This document shows positions 51,134 to 61,102 of a DNA stretch of 64,000 nucleotides, one piece after another. The notes under the pieces are model-generated. The model worked only from the letters and a program-made list of their open reading frames with translations. It did not search any database and was not told the DNA's origin. A program made the translations under genes and the position numbers. Position 1 is the first letter of the stretch; each line of letters begins with the position of its first letter. The stretch is from Acidobacteriota bacterium (GTDB lineage: Bacteria; Acidobacteriota; UBA6911; RPQK01; JAJDTT01): NCBI GenBank assembly GCA_965263035.1, contig OZ253580.1:3008001-3072000 (forward strand), written 5' to 3'.

Positions 51134-51742
51134 TCAGGAACCGAAGCGCGCCGCCACGGCATCCCAGTTCACGACGTTCCACCACGCCTTGATGTAGTCG
51201 GGCCTTCGGTTCTGGTAGCGAAGATAGTAGGCGTGCTCCCAGACGTCGACACCCAGAAGAGGAACCTGCCCGGCCATGATGGGCGAGTCCTGATTGGCGG
51301 TGGAAAGGACCTCCAGCGATCCCGACGCGTTCTTCACCAGCCAGGCCCATCCCGATCCGAACCGACCCACGCCGGCGCCAGCGACGGCCTGCTGAAACTG
51401 GGCAAAGCTGCCGAAAGTGGAATTGATGGCGTCGGCCATGGCGCCGCTCGGTTCGCCTCCGCCTCCGGGTCCCATCAGGGTCCAGAACAGGGAGTGATTG
51501 GCGTGGCCGCCGCCGTTGTTCCTGACCGCAGTCCGAATACTCTCGGGAACGGCGGCGCAGTTGTCGGCCAGCAGTTGATCCAGGCTCAGGCCGGCCAACT
51601 CCGGATGCGAGGACAGGGCATTGTTCAGGTTGCCCACGTAGGCGGCGTGGTGCTTGTCGTGATGGATCCCCATGGTGGTGGCGTCGATATGGGGCTCCAA
51701 GGCGTCATTGGCGTAGGAAAGGGACGGCAATTCGAATGGCAT
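51134..51742 (-). CDS. sodA: Superoxide dismutase, probably Mn type
   Basis: [37 protein letters not shown]. Confidence 0.95.
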   Translation of the reverse strand: MPFELPSLSYANDALEPHIDATTMGIHHDKHHAAYVGNLNNALSSHPELAGLSLDQLLADNCAAVPESIRTAVRNNGGGHANHSLFWTLMGPGGGGEPSGAMADAINSTFGSFAQFQQAVAGAGVGRFGSGWAWLVKNASGSLEVLSTANQDSPIMAGQVPLLGVDVWEHAYYLRYQNRRPDYIKAWWNVVNWDAVAARFGS

Positions 51743-51887
51743 GAGATCTCCTTTCGATGTTCTTGGGTGAGCGGGGCACCCGCTCGGCAAAAAAGATACC
51801 AGTCCGGGTCGGATACGGCAAGGGATCCCATCGGCTTGGGAGGTGTCATCGTAGTAGACTGGAGCGGGAGTCGATCGGGAGCGTGGC

Positions 51888-53198
51888 ATGCATTTTCCTG
51901 AAAGCCGGTGGCTGTTTACGCCCGGGATTGTAGTCATTTTTCTGCTGGCCGAAATCTGCGCACAGGTTCCGCCGGCTTCCGATTCGGAGACCGAGTTCGT
52001 CGTCATCGTCACCGGACGAGAGTTGCTGGAAGGCGCGTACGCCGATGCGCACACTCAGTTTCTGGCGCGAACGCTCCGGCCCCTCGGAGGCCGATGCGTC
52101 GGGTCGGTGACCGTTACGGACGATGAGCAGGAGATACGGCGGGCCGTCGACTACGCCTCCCGGCGGAGCCGGATCGTCATCGTCACCGGAGGGCTCGGAC
52201 CCACCGGCGACGACATTACCCGCCAGACTCTGGCCAAGCATACGGGTATCCCTTTGCAGGAATCGCCCCAGGTGATCGATGAGTATCGGCGCCGCTACGG
52301 AGACCGGGCATACCGTCCGAACCTCCGGCGACAGGCTCGAGTTCCGTCTCGTGGCACCTATTTGAAGAATCGGGTTGGAAGTGCCGTGGGGTTGGTCTTC
52401 GACGATGGTGAACGCGTCATCGTGGCGCTGCCCGGCCCGCCGCGGGAACTCCGGCCCATGGTCCGGGATGAACTGATTCCTTTTCTGGCCCGCCGCTTCG
52501 GAATCCAGTCGTCGGTCGAGTCGGTTACCCTGCGTTTCGTCGGGATCGGCGAGTCGAGCATCCAGAGCGTCATCGACGAGCACCTCGACCTTCCTTCCGA
52601 GGTGAGCGTCGCGTCCACCTTCGAAGCGGGACGGGTAGACCTCACTTTCTACGGCCGCTCCAGCTTGCCTGGAACTCGAGAGAAGCTGCTGGGGTTGCGG
52701 GACCGGATGCTGGACCTGCTCGGAAAACATGTCTACTCCATTGACGGGTCGACGCTCGAGGAAACGATTGTGCGGCTTCTGACCGATCGCAAGACGAAGC
52801 TGGTCGTGGCCGAGGTGGCGACGGGAGGTGGTCTCTCGTCTCGATTGACCGGGACTCCCTCCGCGTCGTCGGTGCTGTTCGGCAGCTACGTGGCCGCCAG
52901 CAGCCCGGGATTGAAGGCATTGCTGGAGCCTGACGTCGTGGGGACTTCCGAGCCGGCTGGCGGAGAGAACGAGCTGGTCCTCGATCTGGCCCGCAAGGTG
53001 GCGGGTGATCAACGGGATCGATGGGTGCTGCTGGTGGCTGGACCGGAGAACCAGGGCGCCAACCGGATCACCCTCTGTGCCGGGTCCCGGACACAAGGAT
53101 TCGAAATCGAGTCGGTCGGATTCAGGCCCGGCAGATCGGGACGCGAGCGCCTCATCACGCGTGCCCTTGATTTCCTCAGGAGAAGACTGGCTCAATGA
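51888..53198 (+). CDS. CinA-like protein (MoCF-binding domain plus degenerate PncC domain)
   Basis: [39 protein letters not shown]. Confidence 0.82.
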   Translation: MHFPESRWLFTPGIVVIFLLAEICAQVPPASDSETEFVVIVTGRELLEGAYADAHTQFLARTLRPLGGRCVGSVTVTDDEQEIRRAVDYASRRSRIVIVTGGLGPTGDDITRQTLAKHTGIPLQESPQVIDEYRRRYGDRAYRPNLRRQARVPSRGTYLKNRVGSAVGLVFDDGERVIVALPGPPRELRPMVRDELIPFLARRFGIQSSVESVTLRFVGIGESSIQSVIDEHLDLPSEVSVASTFEAGRVDLTFYGRSSLPGTREKLLGLRDRMLDLLGKHVYSIDGSTLEETIVRLLTDRKTKLVVAEVATGGGLSSRLTGTPSASSVLFGSYVAASSPGLKALLEPDVVGTSEPAGGENELVLDLARKVAGDQRDRWVLLVAGPENQGANRITLCAGSRTQGFEIESVGFRPGRSGRERLITRALDFLRRRLAQ

Positions 53199-54085
53199 GC
53201 TCTGAACCGGGAAGGGGCTGCAAGAGTCGGATGGGCTGGATGATGCGTTTGAGTTGGCTGCTGTGCCTGGGGCTGGGCTCCCAGATTCTGGCCCTCGATT
53301 TTCCGCACCGGGCCCGGGTGGTCGAGATCACGGACCTGACCCACGACGTGAAGCGGGTGCGGCTGGTCCTGCTGAATCCGGGCGGGTTCGGGTTCAAGCC
53401 GGGACAATTCGTCTTCCTCAAAGTCCCGGAAGAATTCGTCCGGGAGTGGAACGCTCGATACCAGACGACGCATGGTTCGGTCTTTCGACCCTACTCCTTT
53501 GCCTCCTCGCCCAGCCGGCTCCCGGAATTCGACTTCATCATCAAGCACTTCCGGGCGCCGCGCGGCAAGGACGTGCCGCCGGGCGTCGCGTCGACCTACG
53601 TCCACACCCGTCTCCGGCCCCAAGATGTTCTCCACCTCAGCGATCCCACCGGCACTCTCTACCTGGGCCAGGACAGCGACCGTCCCATCCTGGTGGTGGC
53701 CGGCGGCAGCGGCGCCGCCCCTTTCGTCGGTTTGTTGGAGTACTGGTTCGAAGAGGGGATGAACCGGACCCGGAAGATCCACTTTTTCTTCGGTGTCCGG
53801 AGCCGGAGGGATCTTCTGCTGCACGGCCTGTTCACCCAGTGGTCCGCCGAGAAAGAGAACTTCACCTACACGCCGGCACTCTCCGCACCCCGTGAAGGGG
53901 ACGACTGGCACGGTGAGACCGGTTATATTCAACTCTCGGTCGACAAGCATGTGGAGGCCCCGTCCGAGGCGGAAGCCTATTTGGCCGGTCCGCCCATAAT
54001 GGTGAAGATGGTGACGAAGGTCCTGCAGGCAAAGGGGCTCCCGGACAGTCGCATTTTTTTCGATCAGATTCTTGCCAGGGAATGA
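53195..54085 (+). CDS. FAD/NAD(P)-binding FNR-like oxidoreductase
   Basis: FKPGQF, RPYSFAS, GVASTY, VAGGSGAAP, YLAGPP. Confidence 0.87.
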   Translation: MSSEPGRGCKSRMGWMMRLSWLLCLGLGSQILALDFPHRARVVEITDLTHDVKRVRLVLLNPGGFGFKPGQFVFLKVPEEFVREWNARYQTTHGSVFRPYSFASSPSRLPEFDFIIKHFRAPRGKDVPPGVASTYVHTRLRPQDVLHLSDPTGTLYLGQDSDRPILVVAGGSGAAPFVGLLEYWFEEGMNRTRKIHFFFGVRSRRDLLLHGLFTQWSAEKENFTYTPALSAPREGDDWHGETGYIQLSVDKHVEAPSEAEAYLAGPPIMVKMVTKVLQAKGLPDSRIFFDQILARE

Positions 54086-54095
54086 GGTGTTGAAC

Positions 54096-54650
54096 ATGGA
54101 GACTCAAACGATCGTGGCTGTGGTTTCGTTTCTGGCTCTGGCGTCGGGCCTGCTGGCCCTCAGGTCGGCTTCCGCAGCAAAGAGCCGGACCCGAACGCTG
54201 GAGCGGAAGCTCGAGACCCTGGAAGAGGACGTTTCCAGGGCGGGTTCCCAACAGAAGGAGCAGCTCGAGAATCAGGGGCAACTGCTCCGGAGGGTGGCCC
54301 AGGGAAAACATGTGACGGAAGCCGTCCTTTCCGGCGGCCTTTTCGACGAAGTCGACGGTGAAGAAGCCATGGAAATGCTTCGCCGGCATCCGGATACCTT
54401 GATCATCGATGTCCGGGAGCCCCATGAGCACGCCGCAGTCCGGATCCCCGGCGCCAAGCTCATCCCCCTCGGAGAAGTTGGCGGCCGTACTTCCGAGATT
54501 CCGCGAGACGCCGACCGCATCATCATGCATTGCGCCGCCGGAGGCCGGTCGGCCCAGGCCTGCGCCCAACTGGGTGTCCAGGGATACGTCAATCTCTACA
54601 ATTTGGCCGGTGGAATCGGACACTGGCCCGGAGAAGTCCGGAGGGGATAG
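54096..54650 (+). CDS. Membrane-anchored rhodanese-domain protein
   Basis: IDVREPHE, HCAAGGRS, LAGGIGHW; N-terminal TM and coiled coil. Confidence 0.88.
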   Translation: METQTIVAVVSFLALASGLLALRSASAAKSRTRTLERKLETLEEDVSRAGSQQKEQLENQGQLLRRVAQGKHVTEAVLSGGLFDEVDGEEAMEMLRRHPDTLIIDVREPHEHAAVRIPGAKLIPLGEVGGRTSEIPRDADRIIMHCAAGGRSAQACAQLGVQGYVNLYNLAGGIGHWPGEVRRG

Positions 54651-54713
54651 TCGGAATCCAGCTGACCTCTTGATCCCAAGAATTACAGAACTTCCGGTGA
54701 GAAATGCGGGCTC

Positions 54714-54874
54714 GGAGTCTGCGCGGTAGAAATGATCGTAGCGAGAAAGTGGGGAATCGAGGCCGGATTTTCTCGATTTGGAGGTGCATAGTTGTTCTAT
54801 TCGCTGAGAAATCGGGGAAATATGGACCGATTCTACCGCTTTCGCAGTAGCTCAATTTCTGCGGCGCAGGCTCC
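54714..54874 (-). mobile_element. 161-bp MITE-like element, copy 4 (inverted)
   Basis: Reverse complement of copy 1; ends 4 bp before the next GTG start. Confidence 0.9.
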
Positions 54875-54878
54875 TAGT

Positions 54879-57182
54879 GTGAACAATCCGACGCATTTTA
54901 TCTTGAGCTGGACGAGTTCCTCTCTGCTCTTGCTTCTGGCGTTCCTGCAGGGAGGTCCACATCTGCTGGAAGCCGCCCCCGGTAGGCCAAGCATGAAGGC
55001 CTTTCGCGTGTCGGAGCCGCCGACGCTGGACGGCGTGGTGGATTCCTCCTGGATGTCCATGGCGCCGGCGACCGGTTTCATCCAACAGCTCCCGGAAACG
55101 GGAGCCCCCGCGACCGAACGGGTGGAGGTCAGGATCGGATTCGACCGCGACACCCTTTTCGTCGGCGTCATCTGCTTCGATTCCCGGCCGGAAGCCATCG
55201 TCTCCACCCAGGCCCGGCGAGACGGGGTCCTGGACGAGACCGATTCGTTCGAGGTTCTCCTGGATACCTACGACGATGACCAGAGCGGATACATCTTCGC
55301 CACGACTCCCGCCGGCATCGAATTCGACGCCCAGATCATCCATGGCGGCCGGAGCCGCGCCGGCGGCGGACCCGCCCGAGCGGGGTCCGTAGGCGGCAGC
55401 GGCTTCGGCGGGGCCCAAAGGGGCGGTGCGTCTGCTTTCAACTTGAACTGGGACGCGGTCTGGACGGTTCAGGCCAGGATCACTTCCCGTGGTTGGGAGG
55501 CCGAGTTCGCGATTCCCCTCAGGAGCCTGCGTTACAAACCCGGAACCGATCGCACCTGGGGGATCAACTTCAAACGGAACCTGCGCCGGAAGAACGAACA
55601 GTCCTTCTGGGCTCCAGTGACCCGGGGATTCGAGATCCATCGCGTCTCTCTGGCCGGGGAACTGACCGGTCTGGACCTGGATTTTCGACCCAGCCGCCAA
55701 GTCATTCCCTACGTCAAGGGCGGATTCCTCCACGATTACCGGGGATCCGATCCATTGAAAGACGGGATTCTGGATGCCGGCGTGGACATGAAATTCACGC
55801 TCACGCCGACTTTGACGTTGGACGCGACCGTGAACACCGACTTCTCCCAGGTGGAGGTGGACGAGGAGCAGGTCAACCTGACCCGCTTCGATCTCTTCTT
55901 CCCGGAGAAGAGACCCTTCTTCCTGGAAAATGCCGGGTATTTCCAGGTCGGCAGTCCCCGCCAGGCGGAACTCTTCTTCAGCCGCCGCATCGGGATCGAC
56001 CCCAGCGGAGTCGAGGTTCCCATCCTGGGGGGCGCCCGTCTCACCGGGAAGCTGAATCGTTTCAACCTGGGTGTCCTCAACATGCAGACCAATGAAGTGG
56101 AGGACGTGACTCCGGCGCACAACTTCACCGTTCTGCGCATGGCCCGGGAGGTGGGTTCCCGCAGCGGATTCGGCGCCATCTTCATCAACAAGGTGGCCAC
56201 CGGCTCTGCGGCGGCGCCGAACGAGTTCAACCGGACCTACGGCGTGGACGCCAACATCGGACTGGGGGAACGCTGGACCTTCTTCAACTACGCCGCCCGC
56301 ACCGAGACGCCGGGTCTTGACGGGCGTGATCATGCCGCCAGCTCGTCGGTGAGCTACAACACCGATTTCTTCAACTGGGACGTGGGTTATCTGGAGGTGG
56401 GAGAGGATTTCAATCCGGAGGTGGGATTCGTGCCCAGGTCAGGCTACCGGAGGCCCTCCTATGGGATCTTCTTCAATCCCCGCCCCAAGAATCATCCTAT
56501 TTTCCGCCGTTTCTGGCCGCATCATTCCTGGCGCGGACATTATCGCTTCGACGGTTCCCGCGAGTCGGGTTGGCGTCACAACGATATGCGTGTCTTTTTC
56601 CAGAACGGCGGGTCGGTGGGGTTCGCGTTCAACCAGAACTTCGAACAGCTCTTCGAACCCTTCGAGATCTTCGACGACATCGTTCTGCCGAAGGGAATCT
56701 ACCGTTTCAACAACTGGCTGTGGACTGTCGAATCGGACGAAAGCGCCAATCTCTTCGGCGTCGCCAACTATTCCTGGGGAGGATTTTACTCGGGTCATAT
56801 CAAGACCTTGAGCCTCCGGGCAGGATTCCGAGTGGGAGCCGAGTTTCTGGTGGCCGCCCGCTACGTGCACAATTCGGTGGACCTTCCCGAGGGGCCCTTT
56901 CACACGAATCTGGCCATGGTTCAGGTGAATTATTCCTTCACTCCCAAGAGCTACATTCAGTCTCTGATCCAGTACAACAGCACCGAACGGGAGATCGGGG
57001 CCAACGTCCGATTCGCCCTGCTTCGCACCGGCAGCACCGGATTCTTCATCGTCTACAACAGCCATTTCGATCCCACGGGTCTCGATCCTCACGAAGGACC
57101 GATGGTGCCGGGTCCGTACGGGACGCGGCGAACCCTGGACCGGACGATCCTGGCCAAGTTCACCTATCTGCTGGATTTCTGA
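54879..57182 (+). CDS. DUF5916 / CBM9-like outer-membrane protein
   Basis: PTLDG, GWEAEFAIP, TVNTDFSQVEVD, FPEKRPFFLE, terminal Phe. Confidence 0.82.
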   Translation: MNNPTHFILSWTSSSLLLLLAFLQGGPHLLEAAPGRPSMKAFRVSEPPTLDGVVDSSWMSMAPATGFIQQLPETGAPATERVEVRIGFDRDTLFVGVICFDSRPEAIVSTQARRDGVLDETDSFEVLLDTYDDDQSGYIFATTPAGIEFDAQIIHGGRSRAGGGPARAGSVGGSGFGGAQRGGASAFNLNWDAVWTVQARITSRGWEAEFAIPLRSLRYKPGTDRTWGINFKRNLRRKNEQSFWAPVTRGFEIHRVSLAGELTGLDLDFRPSRQVIPYVKGGFLHDYRGSDPLKDGILDAGVDMKFTLTPTLTLDATVNTDFSQVEVDEEQVNLTRFDLFFPEKRPFFLENAGYFQVGSPRQAELFFSRRIGIDPSGVEVPILGGARLTGKLNRFNLGVLNMQTNEVEDVTPAHNFTVLRMAREVGSRSGFGAIFINKVATGSAAAPNEFNRTYGVDANIGLGERWTFFNYAARTETPGLDGRDHAASSSVSYNTDFFNWDVGYLEVGEDFNPEVGFVPRSGYRRPSYGIFFNPRPKNHPIFRRFWPHHSWRGHYRFDGSRESGWRHNDMRVFFQNGGSVGFAFNQNFEQLFEPFEIFDDIVLPKGIYRFNNWLWTVESDESANLFGVANYSWGGFYSGHIKTLSLRAGFRVGAEFLVAARYVHNSVDLPEGPFHTNLAMVQVNYSFTPKSYIQSLIQYNSTEREIGANVRFALLRTGSTGFFIVYNSHFDPTGLDPHEGPMVPGPYGTRRTLDRTILAKFTYLLDF

Positions 57183-57250
57183 CCGGTTCTGAATCATGCT
57201 ATGAGCGTTCGGAGCAACGCCGGAAACGGGTAAACGCCAGCGCCGGAATC

Positions 57251-57718
57251 ATGACCTACCTGACGCGTTTGACCGCAGCCATCAGCAAGGAGTTGGAGCA
57301 GGGTCGACTGGGAACTCCGGTTTACGTGCGTCTGGTGATCGTGGCGTCTTCAGACCACGGGCACCTGGTCCCCGTCTCCGTGGCGGGCATGCAGTTGATC
57401 CAGGAGCTTCTTGGCCCGGCGATTGTCGAGATCTTCGTCGCCGGCAGCGTCGAGTCCGGGAACCTGTCTCTGCAACTGCATCTGGAGGGTGGGCGGACCG
57501 GTCAGGTCGTGGTGATCCTCAAGCGGGAGGGTCCGCCGGGAGCGGATCTGCTCCTGGTCGGGAACCATGGCACCCTGCGGCATGATCTGGCGGAAGCGCA
57601 TCTCGCCGGTGAGACCGGGGAACGACTCTGGAGGACGGACTCCAGCGCGGTTCGAGGGGAGTTGGTCGAGGCGGTGGAAGAGTCGTTGCGAAAGAGAAAC
57701 CCGGTGCGGCTCGGATAG
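57251..57718 (+). CDS. Hypothetical protein resembling a Gfo/Idh/MocA C-terminal domain
   Basis: GRLGTPVYVR...LLVGNHGTL; precedes the oxidoreductase. Confidence 0.6.
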   Translation: MTYLTRLTAAISKELEQGRLGTPVYVRLVIVASSDHGHLVPVSVAGMQLIQELLGPAIVEIFVAGSVESGNLSLQLHLEGGRTGQVVVILKREGPPGADLLLVGNHGTLRHDLAEAHLAGETGERLWRTDSSAVRGELVEAVEESLRKRNPVRLG

Positions 57719-57729
57719 CGGAGCGATCC

Positions 57730-58863
57730 ATGAGCAAAACCTACGGGGTCCTTCTGGTGGCCGGAGACTTGACCCACCAGGAGAATTACGGCGCGGCGTT
57801 CGGTCGAGACCCGCGTTGCCGTCTGGTGGCGGTCACCGACGAGCCTGACGTTCCGGAACGCCGGGATCGATTGAATCGGTCGCTGGCCCGGCGCTTTGGC
57901 ATTCCTTTCATCCCTGATCTGTCGGATGCGCTGAAGCGCAGTGACGTCCAAGTCGTGAGCGTCTGCGTCGAGTTCGAACGCCGCGCCCGGGTGGCCGCGC
58001 TCTGTGCCCGAGCGGGCAAGCACGTCTACGTGGACAAGCCTCTGACCGTCTCCAACCGGGAGGCGTCCTCGTTGGTGTCCGAGGTCCGAAAGGCCGGAGT
58101 TCGAAGCCAGATGTTCAGCATGTTCCGAAACCCCTGGGCTCAACGGGCCCGGCGGCTCACCGACAGCGGTGCCCTGGGGGAACTGGTGAGCATGCACAGC
58201 GACCTTCTGTTCTCCAAGGGCCACACCGGAACCGCTGATCTGGACCGTCCCCGCCAGGAGCATTTCCCTCCCCGAAGGTTCACCTATATCGACTCGAAAC
58301 GGGAACTCTTCACCATGGGGGTCTATTCCATCGGGATCATGCGTTGGCTCACAGGCCGTTCGGTGAAACGCGTCTATGCTCGTACCGCCAATTATTTCTT
58401 CCAGGAACACCAGAAGAACGACGTGGAAGATTTCGCGGCCCTGACCATGGAGTTCGAAGGCGGACTGGTGGGGACCTTGAGCGGAGGGAGAATCGGCTGG
58501 CTGAGTCATCTGGCCGGGGGAGTTTCGGGGATCTTCCTGGCCGGGACCCGGGGTTGCCGATTCATCGATGGCGCGCGGCCCCGGTTCGAAGTCGCCTGCG
58601 ACGCGCCTGCCTGGCGGCCCGGGCCGCCGCATCCCGAAGATCCCATGGGGTTCTGGAGAAGCAGCACCCGGGAGGCGGGCGGGGTCCACAAATTCACCTG
58701 GCATTCGGTCCCCGAAGCGACCCAGTCGGACGAGTCCTTCTTCATCGACTGCATCGAGCAGAATCGCGAGAGCGACATGAGCATCGCGGAAGCGGCCGAG
58801 GTGCTGAAGGTGCTTCTGGCCGGCTACGAGTCGGCCGCCACCGGCAAGGTCGTCTCCATTTAG
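57730..58863 (+). CDS. Gfo/Idh/MocA-family oxidoreductase
   Basis: AGKHVYVDKP, GALGEL, VEDFA, AGYESAATG. Confidence 0.9.
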   Translation: MSKTYGVLLVAGDLTHQENYGAAFGRDPRCRLVAVTDEPDVPERRDRLNRSLARRFGIPFIPDLSDALKRSDVQVVSVCVEFERRARVAALCARAGKHVYVDKPLTVSNREASSLVSEVRKAGVRSQMFSMFRNPWAQRARRLTDSGALGELVSMHSDLLFSKGHTGTADLDRPRQEHFPPRRFTYIDSKRELFTMGVYSIGIMRWLTGRSVKRVYARTANYFFQEHQKNDVEDFAALTMEFEGGLVGTLSGGRIGWLSHLAGGVSGIFLAGTRGCRFIDGARPRFEVACDAPAWRPGPPHPEDPMGFWRSSTREAGGVHKFTWHSVPEATQSDESFFIDCIEQNRESDMSIAEAAEVLKVLLAGYESAATGKVVSI

Positions 58864-58874
58864 GAGGGGCGACT

Positions 58875-59516
58875 GTGCGCCAGGCTAACTGGCACAAGAT
58901 AGGCGGTGAAAGTCCGCTGAAACGAAGGACTAACCATCCACGTTTCTCCGCGAGCCGTGCGTGGGCACCCGTGAGGGTGTCGGCGAAGCGTCGGTAGCGG
59001 TGCGTATGGGCAGGCTATTGAGCATCGAAAGCTCCCTGATCGGAAGTGCCGAGGCTGTAGTCGCGGTCGAAGGCAACACCGGCTGGACCGCCAGGGTGAG
59101 GGGCAGCCGGGCTCTGCGGTGTCAAAGAACCCATGCACGTACGTACATCTGGTGTCGGGACCTGGGAGGGCTTACTCTCTCCCCGGCGAAAGCCGGGGCC
59201 TTGTGGGAAAGGGGAAAGCCGTAACCCATGAGGGGAGAGAGGAAGCAATCGGATTCACCCATAGTAGTGATGAAGCGGGCGAACAAGGAGGGGGAACTCT
59301 CTGCGGAGTCGGTGGAGCGAAGGGGTGGAACCAAGGGGAATTCGGCTCACCAAAGTACGGACCGGACTCAGAGCCGGGCTACCGTGACACAGGCGGGGGT
59401 CGGATACGGCGGGCGTCGCGACCTGCCGTCATTACCTGAGGTAGGAGCCGTGTGCCTTAACGGGCACGCACGGATCTGCGCGGGGGGCGCTGGGCAACCG
59501 GCGTCCCTACCGCGAC
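58875..59516 (+). mobile_element. ORF-less group II intron (IIB-like, 642 nt)
   Basis: 5' GTGCG; domain V GAGCCGTGTGCC-TTAAC-GGGCACGCACGGATC; 3' CCCTACCGCGAC; EBS1 AGUCGC (59059-59064) complementary to exon GCGACT (58869-58874). Confidence 0.9.
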
Positions 59517-59948
59517 TTCTTGTCGCCTGCTCTTCTGTACTGCCATGCAATTCCGTGGCCGGAATGTGTAGAGTGGGGACTCCGTCCCCCCTGCCCCCCT
59601 AACCGGCGGCAAGAAAGCCGCCGCTCGTGCGCCCGACATGGGCTGTATCTAAGGGATGAAAGATCCCAAGGGAGGTGATGGGACCAACCCTAGCCGAACC
59701 GCAAGGCGTAGCCGCGAGGTGAAGCTGAAGGAAGCGGAAGGCAAACCCACGACCGCAGGAACACGAACCGGCAGCGAGGCCGGGTGCGGGCGGTGAGCTG
59801 GCGAGCAACAGCGAAACCCGAACCCCATCCAGACGTACCAGGTAGAGCCGGGCGGCCCGGGGGGAAAGATGCAGCACCTTACTCGGGGAGTGGAGTTGAC
59901 CCGCTTTCGTGGACACATCCAAAGTAGGGGAGTAAGGAGGGATCCACG

Positions 59949-60263
59949 ATGGCAAGAAAGCAGAGACGGTATCCGCCGGAGTTCCGGCGGGAGATCGTAG
60001 GGCTGGTGCGCTCGGGGCGATCGCCGGAGGCACTGGCGCGGGAGTTCGAGCCCTCGGCTTCGGCGATCCGGAAGTGGGTCAAGCAGGCCGATCTGGACGA
60101 GGGGCACCGGAGCGACGGGTTGACGAAGTTCGAGCGCCAGGAGTTGCGTCAGGCGAGGCGGGAGATCAAGCGCCTGCGGATGGAGCGGGACATCCTAAAA
60201 AAAGCCGCGGCTTGGTTCGCCCGGGAGAGCGACTCGATCCCAGGAAAGGATTCGAGTTCGTAA
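59949..60263 (+). CDS. IS3 transposase OrfA
   Basis: RRYPPEFR HTH, LRMERDILKKAAAWFA; A7G slippery site 60197-60204. Confidence 0.93.
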   Translation: MARKQRRYPPEFRREIVGLVRSGRSPEALAREFEPSASAIRKWVKQADLDEGHRSDGLTKFERQELRQARREIKRLRMERDILKKAAAWFARESDSIPGKDSSS

Positions 60264-61102
60264 AGGCGCACCGGGCCCAGTTTCCGATTCGGGTGATGTG
60301 CCGCGTGTTGGGTCTCTCCCCCAGTGGGTACTACGCCTGGTTGAAACGTCTGCCCTCGAACCGGGCTCGCCAGGACCAGGCGCTTCGGGAAAAGATCGTG
60401 CAGATCTGGAACGAGAACCGGAGAGTTTACGGTCGGCCTCGTCTGCATGCCGAACTGAGAGCTCGAGGGGAACGGACGAGCCCGAAGCGTGTGGGCCGAT
60501 TGATGCGGGAAGCGGGAATTCAGGGGGTGAGCCGGAGGCACCGGAAGGCCGGGCTCACCCGGAGGGACCGGAAGGCGCGTCCCGCACCGGACCTGGTGAA
60601 CCGGAACTTCGCGGCTGAGGGACCGGATCAGCTCTGGGTGGCGGACCTGACGTATGTTCGCACGCAGGCGGGCTGGTTGTATGTGGCCGTGGTCCTGGAC
60701 GCCTGGAGCCGAATGGTCGTGGGCTGGGCAATGGAGACCCATCTGCGGTCCGAACTGGTCGAGAATGCGCTCGCCATGGCGGTGATACGGCGACAGCCGA
60801 AGCAGGTGATCCACCACTCGGACCAGGGGGCACAATACACCTCGACGGCCTTCGGGAAGAGATGCCGGGAGGCCGGGGTGCGGCCGTCGATGGGCTCGGT
60901 GGGGGACGCTTACGACAACGCGATGTGCGAGAGCTTCTTCGCGACGCTGGAATGCGAGTTGCTGGACCGTCACCAGTTCCGGAATCCGAATCAGGCGAGG
61001 CGGACCGTCTTCGACTTCATTGAGGGATTCTACAACCGGCGCCGCCGACACTCGGCGCTGGGCTACGAGTCGCCGGTCCGCTACGAGCAGCAGGCAGCGT
61101 AG
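60203..61102 (+). CDS. IS3 transposase OrfB (DDE), reached by -1 frameshift
   Basis: WVADLTY, HHSDQGAQY, DNAMCESFF, YNRRRRHSALGY. Confidence 0.93.
   Translation, partial: SRGLVRPGERLDPRKGFEFVKAHRAQFPIRVMCRVLGLSPSGYYAWLKRLPSNRARQDQALREKIVQIWNENRRVYGRPRLHAELRARGERTSPKRVGRLMREAGIQGVSRRHRKAGLTRRDRKARPAPDLVNRNFAAEGPDQLWVADLTYVRTQAGWLYVAVVLDAWSRMVVGWAMETHLRSELVENALAMAVIRRQPKQVIHHSDQGAQYTSTAFGKRCREAGVRPSMGSVGDAYDNAMCESFFATLECELLDRHQFRNPNQARRTVFDFIEGFYNRRRRHSALGYESPVRYEQQAA

Noticed and set aside
54792-54878. Shared N-terminal peptides ([23 protein letters not shown]) as a protein family
   Set aside because: They are translations of the MITE, not genuine gene starts.
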